Shown piece by piece: positions 61,891 through 64,000 of a DNA stretch of 64,000 nucleotides (position 1 is the stretch's first letter; each line of letters begins with the position of its first letter). The notes below the pieces were generated by a model. The model was not told the DNA's origin. It ran no database searches and saw only the letters and a program-made list of their open reading frames with translations. Source of the DNA: Octopus bimaculoides (lineage: Eukaryota); contig NC_068982.1 in the NCBI RefSeq assembly GCF_001194135.2, positions 150,752,097-150,816,096 of the forward strand, given 5' to 3'. The position numbers and the translations under genes are program-made.

Positions 61891-63209
61891 GTATTATCCG
61901 ATGTGTCCTGTTTTTTTTTTGTTCTAAATGGTATTTTCAGGAGATCAAGTGGTGGTTTGACCTGCTGGATATAGCAGCCAACTCTCCCTCAAACTTCACC
62001 GTTTTTAACAAACACAGACATATTGATCAATGTCCTAAACACATATATCACCTTAGCAATTACAGCTGGTTGTTATAGTAGGGCTTCACAAACCTTTAAG
62101 ATATTTCGTAGGAACTCTATATTTACAACATTGCTGAAACTAAATCTCAGAGAAATGACTTCTCATCAAAGCTAGAAAATACTTCAGCTTTAATCACTTA
62201 CTGAACTTCTCCCCTATTATTCAAATAGATCTAAGATGCTGCTCTGTTTAACACCACCACTTGGTTCTTCAATGCCTTTTGCAGAGTTCATTCTGTTGCA
62301 AGCATTTGGACCAGTCAACAAGTCCCTTCTTGCCATGTTTTTCTGCTGATACTGACTGGTAAATCATTTGCCATTGATAAAGATTATTCACTTTTTCCAG
62401 TCCTGTACCATGCTCTCTTGTTCATTCAGTGTGTACTCAGCCTCTGACATCTGCCAGTAGATTCCTATGCCAATAAAGTTTTAGCAAACTTCTCCATTTT
62501 CTTTGGGATTCCATGCAAGGCTCTGATAGTGCTTATTATTGGTGTGTATAGTGTGTGCCCAGTCTGTCCTCACCTTTTTTGTATCTTGTTCATGGGTCCT
62601 TAACTAAGGATCCATAATGCTGTTCTTATCTGGCCAGCAGATGAAAAAGATACTTCTTAGGGTTCTGCCTCATAAAATATCTCTATCTACACAAACCAGA
62701 CTTCATAACAATCATGTATTTCACATTAAGATTTAATCTAAAAGACTAAGGTTTTCACTGTATAATTCCTATCACACGGTACATATATAGGCTACAATAG
62801 AATACTGCTCACATATTCACAAGCAGGATGACACAATTTACATGATCATTTTCTTTTCTACCCTAAAAAATTACTCTCTAATCAGTACACTACTTGGTTA
62901 CACGATCTGCAAGAAATAGCAGTTAATTTCTCAACAATGGTAACCTACTATCTTCAAAAGGAAAGGACACATTAGTGATATAGTTTTAGCTAAACAAAAA
63001 GATGAGATACAATAAAGAATGACTAAGAGTTAAACAATAACTATCCTAAAATCAATCTGCCTAGTTAGTGGTACTGGTCTCTGTTCTAGTGCATAGCCCA
63101 TTCAAATCAACTTGTGACACCCACCTAATTCTCTCTGCAGTATCTTTACCAAAACTTCATATAAAACATTTTATACGAGTTGAACGCTACAGTGACTTAA
63201 GACTAGAAA

Positions 63210-63366
63210 CACTAGTGTAGTTGGTGGTGGTGGTGAGGGGACAGAGGGGGGGCGATCCACCCCGGGTGGCAGGGTCTGCTGTAGGCAACATGTATTTTTT
63301 GTGGGGACCCAGGAGCCGAAAACTGAAGGGCCACTCCAGGTGACACACATTCTAGCTTTGCTAGTG
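63210..63366. mobile_element. hAT-type MITE (157 bp) with 8-bp TSD; decayed sibling at about 60999-61116
   Basis: ACTAGAAA at 63202-63209 and 63367-63374; ends CACTAGTGTAG...CTTTGCTAGTG. Confidence 0.85.
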
Positions 63367-63657
63367 ACTAGAAAAAGGTCTAATCTGTCTTTACATGTCA
63401 GTCACACCAGTTGTCACTGACCCCCAAAACGCTTGAAAACGTTAAAGATGCAAACCTTTTTCCAATTTACTAATTCCACTACCATCAAAGATCTTTGTGC
63501 TTTCCCATACTCTACTAAGATGTTTCATTAGTGGCTTAATTGCATGAAGATAGAAAAGGAAGAGTCAAAGTTGGCTCATGAAATATATAACTTCTGTCCT
63601 CTAGACAAAATAAATTTTTGAAACTTATTTTAAAAGAATATAGCCTCATTAATACCC

Positions 63658-64000
63658 ATATCATCATCATCATCATCATCGTTTAACGTCCGCTTTCCAT
63701 GCTAGCATGGGTTGGACGATTTGACTGAGGACTGGTGAAACCGGATGGCTACACCAGGCTCCAATCTAATTTGGCAGAGTTTCTACAGCTGGATGCCCTT
63801 CCTAACGCCAACCACTCAGAGAGTGTAGTGGGTGCTTTTACGTGTCACCCGCACGAAAACGGCCATGCTCGAAATGGTGTCTTTTATGTGCCACCCGCAC
63901 AAGCCAGCCCAGGGGCACTGGCAACGATCTCACTCGAAAATCCTACGGGAGCCAGTCAGGCGGTACTGGCAACGGCCACGCTCAAAATGGTGCATCTCAT
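63658..64000 (-). mobile_element. Young RTE LINE 3' end running off the window
   Basis: About 7 mismatches in about 290 bp against 53395-53691. Confidence 0.9.

Noticed and set aside
62200-62700. Possible LINE C-terminal remnant on the minus strand (PIISTIRALHGIPKKMEKF)
   Set aside because: One weak motif and no supporting frame; not enough to name.
47000-64000. Promoter or CpG island for the MFSD12-like gene
   Set aside because: GC-richer patches (61000-61110, 63210-63366) are hAT MITEs; nothing distinguishes a transcription start site.

Overview
AT-rich animal genomic DNA with N gaps; the SINE/LINE repertoire and microsatellites point to an octopod cephalopod (inference). One host gene is supported: a minus-strand MFSD12-like major facilitator transporter. 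I could assemble 9 coding exons by hand (46337 down to 7569) with consistent splice phases, one GC-AG intron and a probable terminal exon at 821-897. The 5' exon and promoter were not found and may lie beyond 64000. The rest is intron filled with decayed mobile DNA: RTE-type LINEs and many of their (GAT)n-tailed 3' ends, an L1/Tx1-like fragment, a Penelope-like fragment, two Gypsy remnants, DD34D mariners, a probable DD41D element, a Chapaev-like zinc-finger fragment, piggyBac- and hAT-type MITEs with visible TSDs, and several tRNA-derived SINE families. Most ORFs in the supplied track are noise or TE debris. I found no convincing new biological system. The best leads are the transporter's sorting and Cys motifs, fold-back TE structures in the pre-mRNA, a multimerised hairpin in LINE 3' UTRs and an all-A/T palindrome array inside a hAT MITE. 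All alignments and counts were done by eye.
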